A stretch of DNA of 64,000 nt from contig CBDAVA010000002.1 in assembly GCA_965200785.1 (NCBI GenBank), positions 291,366 to 355,365 of the forward strand. Direction: 5' to 3'. The position numbers and the translations under genes are program-made. The stretch is from Alphaproteobacteria bacterium (lineage in GTDB: Bacteria; Pseudomonadota; Alphaproteobacteria; Bin95). Each line of letters opens with the position of its first letter. Within the stretch, counting starts at the first letter, position 1. The notes beneath the pieces are model-generated. The model ran no database searches. It was not told the DNA's origin and saw nothing but the letters and a program-made list of their open reading frames with translations. Shown here one piece after another: positions 1 to 9,434 of the stretch.

Positions 1-1844
1 GCCGACGGGGCGGCGGGCAATTCCGGCAGGGTGAACTTGTCCGTCAGGCCGGCGGCCTCGACGCGCTGATTGACGATCTCGACCGGCGCGGCAGGTTCGC
101 AGAATGTGTAGAGCCGCTCGTGGAGCGCATGAAAATCAGCGACCAGGCTGGCAAGGGCGGTGTCCGCGATGGGTCCGCCGCAGGGAACGGTCAGCTCCAC
201 GCCCTGCTTCTCATAGCGCATATCGGCGGACCGGCGGAACCGGCGGCGCTCGGGCGGAATGCCGTTGGCTTCGAGGCGCTTGTCGGCCTCATGCGTCAGT
301 TCCGCGAAAACCGCCTCCGTTGCGGCGGCGTCGAACGCGCCCGCGCGCTGCAGGCGCGTGACGGCGAAATCGTATCTGAGGTCCGTCGCCAACAGGCCGA
401 TAGCGGACAGAATGCCCGGAAAGCGCGGCACAAGCAGGCGCGCCGCCCTTAACTCGCGCATGAGTTCCGCGCCGTGAACGGGGCCGGCGCCACCGAAGGC
501 CACGAGTGCGAAATCGCGGGGATCGAGGCCGCGTTCCACCGACATCACCTTCAGCGCCCCGGTCATGTTGGCGTTGACCAGGGCGACGACTCCCCGCGCG
601 GCAGCGATGAGGTCCATGTCGAGCGGCTCCGCGACATGGCTGCGTATGGCGGCTTCGGCGGCTTCGGGGACCAGGGGGACTTCGCCGTCGAGCAGGGCCG
701 ACGGGATGCGGCCGAGCACGAGATTGGCGTCGGAAACGGTGGGCTGCCGTCCCCCTTTTCCGTAGCAGGCGGGGCCCGGATCGGCGCCGGCGCTTTCCGG
801 GCCGACGCGAATCGCGCCCTGTTCGGTGACGGTGGCGACGGAGCCGCCGCCCGCGCCGATGGTGTGAATATCGATCATCGGGAAGGCGAGCGGGTGGTCG
901 CCGACCCGGCCTGCGGTTGAGAGCACCGGCTGGCCCTCGCGGACCAGCGCGACATCCGCGCTGGTGCCGCCCATGTCGATGGTCAGCAGATCGTCGATCC
1001 CGGCGTCCCGTCCGAGCCAGGCCGCTCCCAGGGCGCCGGCGGCAGGGCCCGACAGCGCCAGATGCACGGCGCCGCGCGCGGCCTCCTCCGGCAGGCAGGC
1101 GCCGCCGCTCGACTTCATCAACAGCAGCGGGGCTTCGACGGCACGGCGGGCGAGGCCGGCGGACAACTGCCCGATATAGCGCCTGACGACCGGCTGCACG
1201 GAAGCGTTCAACGTGGTCGCCACCATGCGTTCGTATTCCCGGAATACGGGAAGAACATCGACGGACAGCGCGATTTCGACGTCCGGAAGGCGTGAGCGGA
1301 GAATTTCGCCCGTCCGGCGCTCATGCGCCCGGTTGGCGTAGGAGTGCAGCAGGACCACCGCAACGGCGTCGAGGCGAGCGGCCCGAATCGCTTCCGCGGC
1401 CGCCTCGATCGCGGAGTCGTCCAGAGGCGCCGCTTCCGTTCCGTCTATCCGGACCCGGCCCGGAACCTCGAAGATGTGGCGGGGCTGCACCGGGCGATTC
1501 GGCTTGACCCATGAGAAGAGATTGGCGGCGCGCGGGATTTCGGCCCGGCCGATTTCCAGCACATGGCGGAACCCCTTTGTGGTGACGAGTCCGGTGCGGA
1601 CGCCCTTGCCCTCCAGAATCGCGTTGGTAACGATGGTCGAGCCGTGCAGAACGGTGGCGATGTCCGCCGGGCCGGCGCCGGAGAGCTCCAGCATCTTGTC
1701 CACGCCGCCGAAGAAGCCGTCGGCCGGGGCGCTGGGCACGGAGGCCGACTTGGCGACATGAAGCGCGCCGCCGGCGCGGTCCGCCAGAATGACGTCGGTG
1801 AATGTGCCGCCGACATCGAGGCTGAGCGCGTGGCGCGCCGTCAC
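1..1844 (-). CDS. hydantoinase/oxoprolinase family protein, HyuA-like subunit (3' end runs off the left edge)
   Basis: Not in the ORF track: GTG start at 1842-1844 and no stop inside the window. My minus-strand translation reads VTARHALSLDVGGTFTDVILADRAGG..., ...LTIDMGGTSADVALV..., ...ADFHALHERLYTF.... These are colinear with the complete HyuA paralog at 4590-6647. GTGA start/stop overlap with the upstream SDR. Confidence 0.85.
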   Translation of the reverse strand, partial: MTARHALSLDVGGTFTDVILADRAGGALHVAKSASVPSAPADGFFGGVDKMLELSGAGPADIATVLHGSTIVTNAILEGKGVRTGLVTTKGFRHVLEIGRAEIPRAANLFSWVKPNRPVQPRHIFEVPGRVRIDGTEAAPLDDSAIEAAAEAIRAARLDAVAVVLLHSYANRAHERRTGEILRSRLPDVEIALSVDVLPVFREYERMVATTLNASVQPVVRRYIGQLSAGLARRAVEAPLLLMKSSGGACLPEEAARGAVHLALSGPAAGALGAAWLGRDAGIDDLLTIDMGGTSADVALVREGQPVLSTAGRVGDHPLAFPMIDIHTIGAGGGSVATVTEQGAIRVGPESAGADPGPACYGKGGRQPTVSDANLVLGRIPSALLDGEVPLVPEAAEAAIRSHVAEPLDMDLIAAARGVVALVNANMTGALKVMSVERGLDPRDFALVAFGGAGPVHGAELMRELRAARLLVPRFPGILSAIGLLATDLRYDFAVTRLQRAGAFDAAATEAVFAELTHEADKRLEANGIPPERRRFRRSADMRYEKQGVELTVPCGGPIADTALASLVADFHALHERLYTFCEPAAPVEIVNQRVEAAGLTDKFTLPELPAAPS

Positions 1845-2590
1845 GGGCTGCCCATCACCGGCAGCGTCTGGCCGGTAATCCAGCCGGCGCGGTCGGAGGC
1901 GAGGAACAGCACCGCGTAAGCGATGTCCTCCGGCAATCCGAGCCGGCGCATGGCGATGCCCTTGACGATCGCCCTCTGCTCCTCCGGGCTGCGCGCCTCC
2001 CATTGCCGGACATAGTCGGGCGAGGTTTGCGGCATGAGGCCGGGCGCGACCGCGTTGACGGTAATCCCGAAGGGGCCGAGTTCGGAGGCGAGCCGGCGCG
2101 CCAGCCCGATCTGGGCCGTCTTCGCCGTGCCGTAAGAGTGGATGCCGGTGCGCGACACGTGCAGGCCCGCTCCGGACGAGATCAGCACGATGCGCCCCTC
2201 GCCCTTCGCCTTCATCCCCGGCGTCACCGCGCGGGCTACATGGAACGCGCCATCGACATTCACCGCCTGGATCGCGCGCCAGTCGTCGTCGGTGACTTCT
2301 TCCAGCGGGCCGGCCATCCGGCCGCGCACGCCGCCCGCGGCATGGACGGCGACATTCACGGGGCCGATACGGGCGACCGTCGCATCGACGGCCGCTGAAT
2401 CGGTGACATCCAGGCAATGCGCCTCGACCGGGAACCCGGCCGTCGCCGCGGTTTCCCGGACCAGTTCGGCTTCGATATCCGCGGCATGCACCTCGGCGCG
2501 CTCGGCGGCGAAGGCATGAACGATGGCGCGCCCGATACCACGCGCTGCGCCGGTCACAAGGACACGCTTGCCGGGGAACGCAATCTCCAT
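1841..2590 (-). CDS. short-chain dehydrogenase/reductase (SDR)
   Basis: Internal ATG of ORF 1841..2707 gives MEIAFPGKRVLVTGAARGIGRAIV (TGxxxGIG Rossmann motif). YGTAK catalytic motif is present. This start sits 4 nt after the hyuB stop, whereas the longer ORF start would overlap hyuB. Confidence 0.9.
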   Translation of the reverse strand: MEIAFPGKRVLVTGAARGIGRAIVHAFAAERAEVHAADIEAELVRETAATAGFPVEAHCLDVTDSAAVDATVARIGPVNVAVHAAGGVRGRMAGPLEEVTDDDWRAIQAVNVDGAFHVARAVTPGMKAKGEGRIVLISSGAGLHVSRTGIHSYGTAKTAQIGLARRLASELGPFGITVNAVAPGLMPQTSPDYVRQWEARSPEEQRAIVKGIAMRRLGLPEDIAYAVLFLASDRAGWITGQTLPVMGSP

Positions 2591-2594
2591 GCGA

Positions 2595-4589
2595 TCAGCC
2601 CCGCGCCGCCTTGAGCTGCGGGAACTCGGCCCTGAGCGCTTCGAAGGCGGCCCGCACTTCGGAACCGTCGCCGCGCCGCGCCTGCGGGTCGAGCATATCG
2701 ACGGCATCGAAGATCCGGTGCTTGGCGTAGAAGCGCCAGTGAACGGGCAGCGCCGCTAGGCATTCGGTGAGCGCGTCGTAATTGGCGTCCGTCCAGACGG
2801 ACTCGAAGGCCGCGCGCTCGGGACCCACATCGTAAAAGCCGTTGACCGCCTCGCCTGCGCGGGCGGCGCGCAACGCCTCGGTGGCGGGACCGTCCACCGC
2901 GCCGTCGGCGACGACCACGCCGTAGGCCTCGCGGGCCTGCTCCGTCGAGACCCAGCCGCGCCGCCAGTCCAGCAGCACCGCGCCGGGCTCGCGCGCCAAC
3001 GGGTCGCCCCAGCCGCCCGCACCGCCGCAGGTGACATGGATGACGTCGCCGGGGCCGATGGTGAAGATATCGGTGTTCTTCAGGTCCACCTCGCGGTTGG
3101 TCCCCGGGTTGAGGATGAACTTCGACGGGCCGCCCGGGCGGCCGCCCGCAATTCCCCAGCCGGTGAAGATCGTCCGGTCCCTGTTGCGCGCCGTGACGCG
3201 GGTGTTCGGCGAAAACGCCTGGAACACCAGCTCCGTGCCCAGTCCGCCGCGATGCACGCCCGGGCCGGCGGAGTCGCGTGCGAGGCCGAACCGGAGCACC
3301 TTGATGCCCGCCTCGACCTCGTTCACTTCGGTCGGCGTGTTCTTCATGAAGCCCTGATTGGCGCCCGAGCCGTCCTGGCCGTCCTCCATGGCGCGCCCGC
3401 CGCCGCCGCCGCTCATCGGACTGATCGCCGCCATGATCCGCCGGCCTGTGCGGTTGTCTATGGTGTTGACGTTCATGATCGGCCCACCGGAAGCCGGCGC
3501 GCCCGCCATGCGGTCCGGGGCCGCCTGGGCGAAGGCGCCGAAGGTGAGCCCGTGCAGGCGGTAGCAGCTGAGCGTCCGCATCCCGACCGCCGCCGGAAAC
3601 TCCGGATTGACCATGGTGCCGGACGGCAGAATGCAGCGACAGACGCGGGCGATGCCGGAGTTCAGGTAGAGCGACGGGTCGAGCGAGTAGAGCACATAGG
3701 TCATGCCGACGAGCAGGAGCACATGGCGCTCGTCGCCGCCGGTCGGCATGTTGAGCGATGATTCGAGCTGCGGGTCGGACCCCGTGAAGTCGAATATCAG
3801 GTCCTCGTCGCGGATAATCACGGTCAGTTTCATGCGGCAGGGCCGCCCGTCGACCGAGTCCTCGTCCATGTAGTCGGCGAAAGGATAGGTGCCGTTGGGC
3901 AGGCTGCGGATGATGGCGCGGGCCTGGGCCTCGGCATAGTCCAGCAGGTCCGCCACGCCCTCCCGGAACGTGTCTGCGCCGAAGCGCGCGATCATCTCGT
4001 GGACCTTGCGCTCGCCCGTGTTGCAGGCCGCGATCTGGGCTTTCAGGTCGCCCCAGTTCTGGTCGGGCGCGCGGACATTGGCGAGGAAGATGTCGAGCAC
4101 CTGGCGGTTGAGTTCTCCCTCCTCGAGTATCTTGACGGGCGGGATGCGCACGCCCTCCTGGTGGATTTCCGAAAGCGTGCGCGACAGCGAGGCCGGCACC
4201 GCGCCGCCGACATCGGTGTTGTGGATATGCCCAACCGAAAAAGCCACGATTTCACCGTTGTGGAAGACGGGTTTCCAGATGTGCATGTCCGGTGAATGGG
4301 TGCTGACGAAGCCCGAATAGGGGTCGTTCGTCATGGCGATATCGCCCGGCCGGTAATCGTCGATCATGCCGATGGCCCGCCCGTAATTCAGGCCGACGAA
4401 CCAGGTAGCGCCGAGTTCCGTGGGCGTGGCGAAGGTCTCCCCCTCCGGCGTGGTGAGCCCGGTGGTGAAGTCCTCGGTTTCCTTCACGAAGGTCGAATGC
4501 GCCGTGCGGTAGAGCGTGTAGGCCATGCTTTCCGCCGCCGCGCGGGTGTGGTTCTTCAGGATTTCCAGCGTGATCTTGTCGATGGGCAT
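2595..4589 (-). CDS. hydantoinase B/oxoprolinase family protein (HyuB-like)
   Basis: 664-aa ORF. N-terminus MPIDKITLEILKNHTRAAAESMAYTLYRTAHSTFVKETEDFTTGL is typical of the Hydantoinase_B family. The start abuts the stop of the upstream hyuA. Confidence 0.92.
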   Translation of the reverse strand: MPIDKITLEILKNHTRAAAESMAYTLYRTAHSTFVKETEDFTTGLTTPEGETFATPTELGATWFVGLNYGRAIGMIDDYRPGDIAMTNDPYSGFVSTHSPDMHIWKPVFHNGEIVAFSVGHIHNTDVGGAVPASLSRTLSEIHQEGVRIPPVKILEEGELNRQVLDIFLANVRAPDQNWGDLKAQIAACNTGERKVHEMIARFGADTFREGVADLLDYAEAQARAIIRSLPNGTYPFADYMDEDSVDGRPCRMKLTVIIRDEDLIFDFTGSDPQLESSLNMPTGGDERHVLLLVGMTYVLYSLDPSLYLNSGIARVCRCILPSGTMVNPEFPAAVGMRTLSCYRLHGLTFGAFAQAAPDRMAGAPASGGPIMNVNTIDNRTGRRIMAAISPMSGGGGGRAMEDGQDGSGANQGFMKNTPTEVNEVEAGIKVLRFGLARDSAGPGVHRGGLGTELVFQAFSPNTRVTARNRDRTIFTGWGIAGGRPGGPSKFILNPGTNREVDLKNTDIFTIGPGDVIHVTCGGAGGWGDPLAREPGAVLLDWRRGWVSTEQAREAYGVVVADGAVDGPATEALRAARAGEAVNGFYDVGPERAAFESVWTDANYDALTECLAALPVHWRFYAKHRIFDAVDMLDPQARRGDGSEVRAAFEALRAEFPQLKAARG

Positions 4590-6647
4590 TCAGCTCTCCT
4601 TCGTCAGGATCAGGTTGCTCCGGAGATCAACCTCGGCTGCGTAGCCCGGAGGAACGACCGTGGTGCAATCGTCCTGGGCAACGACCGCAGGGCCGGCGAA
4701 ATACTGGCCGGGCGACAGGTCGGCTCGGTCGAAGAGGGCCGCTTGCCGGCTGGCGCCGTCCAGGAAAATCGCCGTATGACCCCTGGGCGTCGCGGGGCCC
4801 GGGGCGGCCTCGGCCTCCGCCAGAGCCGGTTTCGGCACGGCGCCGCTCACCGTCACTCGCAGATTGACCGCCTGCACCGGCGCCTCGGAGTCGGAATAGT
4901 CATAGACGCGCGCATGTTCCGCGTGGAAGGCGTCGGCCAGTGCCGCGCTCCGGCCCGCGCCGATGTCCGCCCGGTCAACGGGCGTTTCGATCTCGTAGGA
5001 CTGGCCCCGGTAGCGCATGTCGGCGGACCAGGCCAGCTGCGCCTCGCCTGCAAAGCCCTGCTCGTCGCGCAGCCAGGCCAGCGCCTGCACCTCCAGATCG
5101 ACCGCATGGCCCTCCAGCACGGCAAGGCCGTCCGCGTCCAGATCGACGAATGCCGTGCGGATGAAGTCATTGCGGATATCGGCGATCAGGCCGCCATATG
5201 CTGACAGGATGCCGGGCGTCGGGGGCACGATCACCCGCGCCATGCCCAACTCTCGCGCGAAGAGGCCGCCCAGCATCGGCCCCGCGCCGCCGAAGGCGAG
5301 CAGCGCGAAGGCGCGCGGATCGGCGCCCCGGCGCGACATCAGCTTCGACACCTCGAGATACATGCCGGAGACCGCGACGCTGACAATGCTCTCCGCTGTC
5401 TCCGGGAGCCCGAGCGACAGGCGCTCCGCAATACCGCTGACCGCCTGTTCCGCAGCGTCCCGGTCCAGCCTGACGGCGCCGTAGCCGAGTTCGCCTGCTC
5501 CGAGAAGGCCCATAACCGCGAACGCATCGGTGACGGTGGGGCGCTCGCCGCCCGCGCCGTAGCAGGCGGGACCGGGGGCGGAGCCCGCGCTTTCCGGGCC
5601 GACCTTGAGCACGCCGAAATCGTCCACCCAGGCGATGGAACCGCCGCCCGCGCCGATCGAGCTGACGGAGACCGTCGGCACATGGATCGGGAACTCACCC
5701 ACCAGCTCGCCGACGCCGAAGGCGGGCTGTCCCCCCTGAACGACGGCGACATCCGCCGAGGTGCCGCCGACATCGAAGCTCAGCACGTCCGCCGCCCCGA
5801 TGCGGGCCGCCGCATCGGCCGCGCCGATGGCCCCGGACGCCGTGCCCGACAACAGCATGGCGATGGGATCGGTCTTGCCGAGCTCGGCCGCCATAATGCC
5901 GCCGTTCGACTTGGTAATCATCGGCTCGGCCGGTACGCCGGCGCTCAGCAGCGCCGCCTGCAGCGAGCCGATATAGGCGGCGACACGCCGCTGCACATAA
6001 CCGGCAACGGTGGCGGTCACGGTGCGTTCATATTCCCGGATGACCGGCCAAACATCCGAGGAGAGCGTCACGGCCATCCCGGGCGCGGCCTCCCGGATCG
6101 CATCGCGGACTGCGCGCTCGTTCGCCGGGTTCGCATAGGAATGCAGCAGCGCGACGACAATCGTGTCCGCGCCGGCGTCCTTCGCCTTCGCCACCGCGTC
6201 CAGGACATCGGCGGGATCGACCGGCGTTTCGACGGACCCGTCCTTCAACACCCGCTCGGCTATGCCGTAAACCCGCTCGCGCGGGGCCAGCGGCGGCGGC
6301 CGGCGTGAGAAGATGTCATAAGGGTCGGGCGTCTTCAGGCGCGCGACCTCCAGCACGTCCTCGAATTCCCGCGTCGTGAACAGCGCCAGCTCCGCGCCGC
6401 AGCGCTGGATCACGGTGTTCACACCCACAGTGGTGCCGTGCGTGAAAAACCCGATGCCCGCGGCCGGCTGCCCGTAGCGCCGGTCCAGTTCGGCGATGCC
6501 CTGCATCACTTCCGCGCCCGGGGATTCCGGCGTCGACAGGATCTTCAGCGTGTGCAGTTCACCGGTCGTTTCGTCGAAGACGCAGAAATCGGTGAAGGTG
6601 CCGCCTATATCCACGGCGACCCGGTATTTCGTTGCTAGTTCCGACAC
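4590..6647 (-). CDS. hydantoinase/oxoprolinase family protein (HyuA-like)
   Basis: 685-aa ORF with VAVDIGGTFTDFCVF and FDVGGTSADVAVV ATPase motifs and AFHAEHARVYDY near the C-terminus. Confidence 0.92.
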   Translation of the reverse strand: MSELATKYRVAVDIGGTFTDFCVFDETTGELHTLKILSTPESPGAEVMQGIAELDRRYGQPAAGIGFFTHGTTVGVNTVIQRCGAELALFTTREFEDVLEVARLKTPDPYDIFSRRPPPLAPRERVYGIAERVLKDGSVETPVDPADVLDAVAKAKDAGADTIVVALLHSYANPANERAVRDAIREAAPGMAVTLSSDVWPVIREYERTVTATVAGYVQRRVAAYIGSLQAALLSAGVPAEPMITKSNGGIMAAELGKTDPIAMLLSGTASGAIGAADAAARIGAADVLSFDVGGTSADVAVVQGGQPAFGVGELVGEFPIHVPTVSVSSIGAGGGSIAWVDDFGVLKVGPESAGSAPGPACYGAGGERPTVTDAFAVMGLLGAGELGYGAVRLDRDAAEQAVSGIAERLSLGLPETAESIVSVAVSGMYLEVSKLMSRRGADPRAFALLAFGGAGPMLGGLFARELGMARVIVPPTPGILSAYGGLIADIRNDFIRTAFVDLDADGLAVLEGHAVDLEVQALAWLRDEQGFAGEAQLAWSADMRYRGQSYEIETPVDRADIGAGRSAALADAFHAEHARVYDYSDSEAPVQAVNLRVTVSGAVPKPALAEAEAAPGPATPRGHTAIFLDGASRQAALFDRADLSPGQYFAGPAVVAQDDCTTVVPPGYAAEVDLRSNLILTKES

Positions 6648-6838
6648 AAATCCTCGATCCGGTCCAGGGTCGCGGCAGCCCGTCCCGACAGCCGCATTCG
6701 GGCCCCAGCTTACCGCAGGCAGGCCGCCGGCAGCGATGCTCCTATCGCAGCGGTTCCATTGGTCCCTCCGCCCAGCATTTCCCGCAGCGCGCGGTAAGTC
6801 CAGCCTCCTCGTCGAAGCATCTTTCGAGGGACACCTAT

Positions 6839-6867
6839 TTGACGCGCCTGCCGGGAGGTGTCAATCT
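6839..6867 (+). promoter_or_regulatory. candidate sigma70-type promoter (TTGACG-N17-CAATCT) bracketed by a 7-bp inverted repeat
   Basis: TTGACG at 6839-6844, a 17-nt spacer, CAATCT at 6862-6867. This is 22 nt upstream of the ATG at 6889, with GAGGGGAG as the SD. The inverted repeat GACACCT (6830-6836) / AGGTGTC (6856-6862) spans the spacer. By-eye call only. Confidence 0.25.
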
Positions 6868-6888
6868 CGCCTGCCTGAGGGGAGTCCC

Positions 6889-7650
6889 ATGGCGGGAATC
6901 GACAAGAGGGTCGCAATCGTTACCGGGGGCGCCCGCGGCATAGGACGCGGTTGCGCGCACGCATTGGCGGAACGTGGCCTGGCCATCGCGTTGGTGGATG
7001 TGCTCACGGCCGAGATGGCCAACACCAGGGCTGAAATCGAAAGCTACGGCACCCCCTGCCTCGCCTTCGAAGCCGATGTCGCCGATCATTGCCGCGCGAA
7101 AGAGGTCGCCGGCGGCGTCCTCGCCGAATGGGGCCGGATCGATGTGCTCGTCAACAATGCCGGGCGACCGATGCCGACGGGCGTTCTGGACCTCTCGGAA
7201 GAGCAGTGGGACACGACCATCGATGTCAACCTGAAGAGCTGCTTCAACTATATTCAGGCCGCTGCGCCCGCCATGCTGGAGCGCGAATACGGGCGCATCG
7301 TTTCGATGTCTTCGCTCAACGCCCATTCCGGCGGCGTGACGGCCGCCGTCTCCAAGGTCGCCTACGCAGCGGCGAAGGCCGGCATCGTCGGCATGACCCG
7401 GGCGCTCGCCAAGGAGCTCGGCCCGCATATCGCCATCAATTGCGTCTGCCCCGGCCTCATCAAGACCGAGCTGGCGCAGAAGAACCCGGTCATCGCCACC
7501 CGCGAGCCCGAGCTGATCCGGGGCATCGCGCTTCATCGGACCGGCAGTCCGCGCGATGTGGCCGAACTGGTCGCCTTTCTGGCGACCGTCGAGCCCTGTT
7601 TCATAACCGGCCAGGACATCACCATCGACGGCTTCCAATGGAACCGGTAA
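6889..7650 (+). CDS. SDR family oxidoreductase (FabG-like)
   Basis: Internal ATG of ORF 6496..7650 gives MAGIDKRVAIVTGGARGIGRG. NNAG and YAAAKAG motifs are present. The upstream part of the ORF is low-complexity. Confidence 0.9.
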   Translation: MAGIDKRVAIVTGGARGIGRGCAHALAERGLAIALVDVLTAEMANTRAEIESYGTPCLAFEADVADHCRAKEVAGGVLAEWGRIDVLVNNAGRPMPTGVLDLSEEQWDTTIDVNLKSCFNYIQAAAPAMLEREYGRIVSMSSLNAHSGGVTAAVSKVAYAAAKAGIVGMTRALAKELGPHIAINCVCPGLIKTELAQKNPVIATREPELIRGIALHRTGSPRDVAELVAFLATVEPCFITGQDITIDGFQWNR

Positions 7651-7738
7651 GGGCCGGGGAGCGGCCCGGAGACGGTCCGGAAAAGGGAGGGCGCGGGCCC
7701 GTCCCGCCGCAACGGAACCGCAACAAGGAGACAGACGA

Positions 7739-9307
7739 ATGAGGCTCGTTCGCCATGCATCCCGTCTTTGCCGCTTCGCCGCCGTCGCGACGATTGCGTT
7801 GGGCGCCGCCACGACTACGGCGACCGCCGGCGGCAAATTCGTGTTCGCCAATTCTTCTGCCTACGACACGCTGGACCCGCACGCCGTTTTCGATGTCGGC
7901 CGGGTCGCCTCGCGCATCAACCTCTATGACGGACTGATGCGCTGGTTCGACAATCCTCCGCATCTGGAGCCATGGCTGGCGGAGAAAGTCGATATCTCGA
8001 AGGACGGCCTGACATACACCTTCACGCTCAGGGACGCGAAGTTCCATGACGGATCGCCGGTGGAGGCCTCCGACGTCGTCTATTCCATCGACCGCATCCT
8101 GGAGATGAAGAAGGGCGCCTATTCGCTGTTCGAAGGCACCGTCGCGCCGGGTTCGACCAAGGCCCCCGACGCCAAGACGGTCGTCTTCACGCTCTCCAAG
8201 CCCTCGGCCATCTTCCTCGCCACCGTGCCGGAAATCCACGTCCTCAACGCCGAGCTCGTGAAGGCCAACGAGGCGGACGGCGATCTCGGCACCGCCTGGC
8301 TGTCGAAGAACGACGCGGGCTCCGGGTCCTTCCAGCTCAAGCGCTACGACCCGGCCATCGGCTGGCAGGCGACCCGGTTCGAGGACCATTTCTTCGGCTG
8401 GGACATGGTGGATAATCCGCTGGACGAGATCGAGTTCCGCACAGTGGTCGAAATCAACTCGCGCGTGCTCGGCCTGATGAACGGTGACTTCCACGGCACC
8501 GACGGTTATCTGCCGCAGGACCAGGTCAAACGGCTGCGGACCAGCGACCATGTCGTCGTGCAAGAAGAAGAATCCATGCGGATCTTCTACTCGATTATCC
8601 ACAACGGCCGCCCGCCGATGAACGACATCAATTTCCGCAAGGCGCTGAGCTATGCGTTCGACTATGACGGGTTCATCGACAACATCCTGTCGGGGTCGGT
8701 CGCCCGCAACCCGGTGCCGCTGCCGAACAATATGTGGGGCTCGCCCGCCGATGCGGCCGGCTACACGCTGGACCTCGAAAAGGCCAAGAAGCATCTCGAC
8801 ATGGTCGAGGGCGGCATACGGGAGATCTCGCTCGGGGCGCTTTCGGGCTATGGCCAGACGGAACAGGCCGCGGCCCTGCTTCAGAACGGCCTGAACAAGA
8901 TCGGCGTCAAGACCAAGATCGTCACCGACACCTGGCCGGTCGCTTCGGGCAAGATGCGCGACGAGGAGCAGATGTACGACCTGCTGTTCCTGTGGAAGTC
9001 CACCTATTACGCGGACCCGAACAACTGGCTCGGCGAGATGTATGCCTGCGAGCAGATCGGCGCCCGCAATAACTCTTGGTACTGCAACGAGGAGGTGGAC
9101 AAGCTGCTCTCCGAAGCGCGCGTCTCCACCGACCAGGAAGTCCGCAAGGCCAATTACGAGAAGGCCAACCGCCTGCTGATGGAGGATGCCGCCGGCATCT
9201 TCGTTTACAACACCAAGTGGTTCGGCCCGTTCAACAAGAACGCCAAGGGCGTCCGTTTCTCGCCCATCGGCAACGGCCAGGAGATGCGCTGGGTCTCGAT
9301 GGAGTAG
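7739..9307 (+). CDS. ABC transporter substrate-binding protein, peptide/nickel (family 5, DppA/OppA-like)
   Basis: 522 aa. Signal peptide MRLVRHASRLCRFAAVATIALGAATTTATA. AAGGAGA SD upstream. The SBP_bac_5-like length is right and two permeases plus two ATPases follow. Confidence 0.88.
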   Translation: MRLVRHASRLCRFAAVATIALGAATTTATAGGKFVFANSSAYDTLDPHAVFDVGRVASRINLYDGLMRWFDNPPHLEPWLAEKVDISKDGLTYTFTLRDAKFHDGSPVEASDVVYSIDRILEMKKGAYSLFEGTVAPGSTKAPDAKTVVFTLSKPSAIFLATVPEIHVLNAELVKANEADGDLGTAWLSKNDAGSGSFQLKRYDPAIGWQATRFEDHFFGWDMVDNPLDEIEFRTVVEINSRVLGLMNGDFHGTDGYLPQDQVKRLRTSDHVVVQEEESMRIFYSIIHNGRPPMNDINFRKALSYAFDYDGFIDNILSGSVARNPVPLPNNMWGSPADAAGYTLDLEKAKKHLDMVEGGIREISLGALSGYGQTEQAAALLQNGLNKIGVKTKIVTDTWPVASGKMRDEEQMYDLLFLWKSTYYADPNNWLGEMYACEQIGARNNSWYCNEEVDKLLSEARVSTDQEVRKANYEKANRLLMEDAAGIFVYNTKWFGPFNKNAKGVRFSPIGNGQEMRWVSME

Positions 9308-9326
9308 CCCGGCCCGGCAGGTCTGC

Positions 9327-9359
9327 GCCGCGGCTCCGGGCCGGCCCCGGAGCCGCGGC
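9327..9359 (+). terminator. GC-rich stem-loop after the binding-protein gene (attenuator or mRNA stabiliser)
   Basis: Perfect 14-bp stem: GCCGCGGCTCCGGG (9327-9340) pairs with CCCGGAGCCGCGGC (9346-9359), with a 5-nt loop. The downstream U-tract is weak. Confidence 0.35.
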
Positions 9360-9434
9360 CGCTCCTGTTCGCACCGAGATACCGCAAGGGCGGGGCCGGC
9401 AGCGGCCGGCGGCTGACAGGATGGCGGCATTCCG

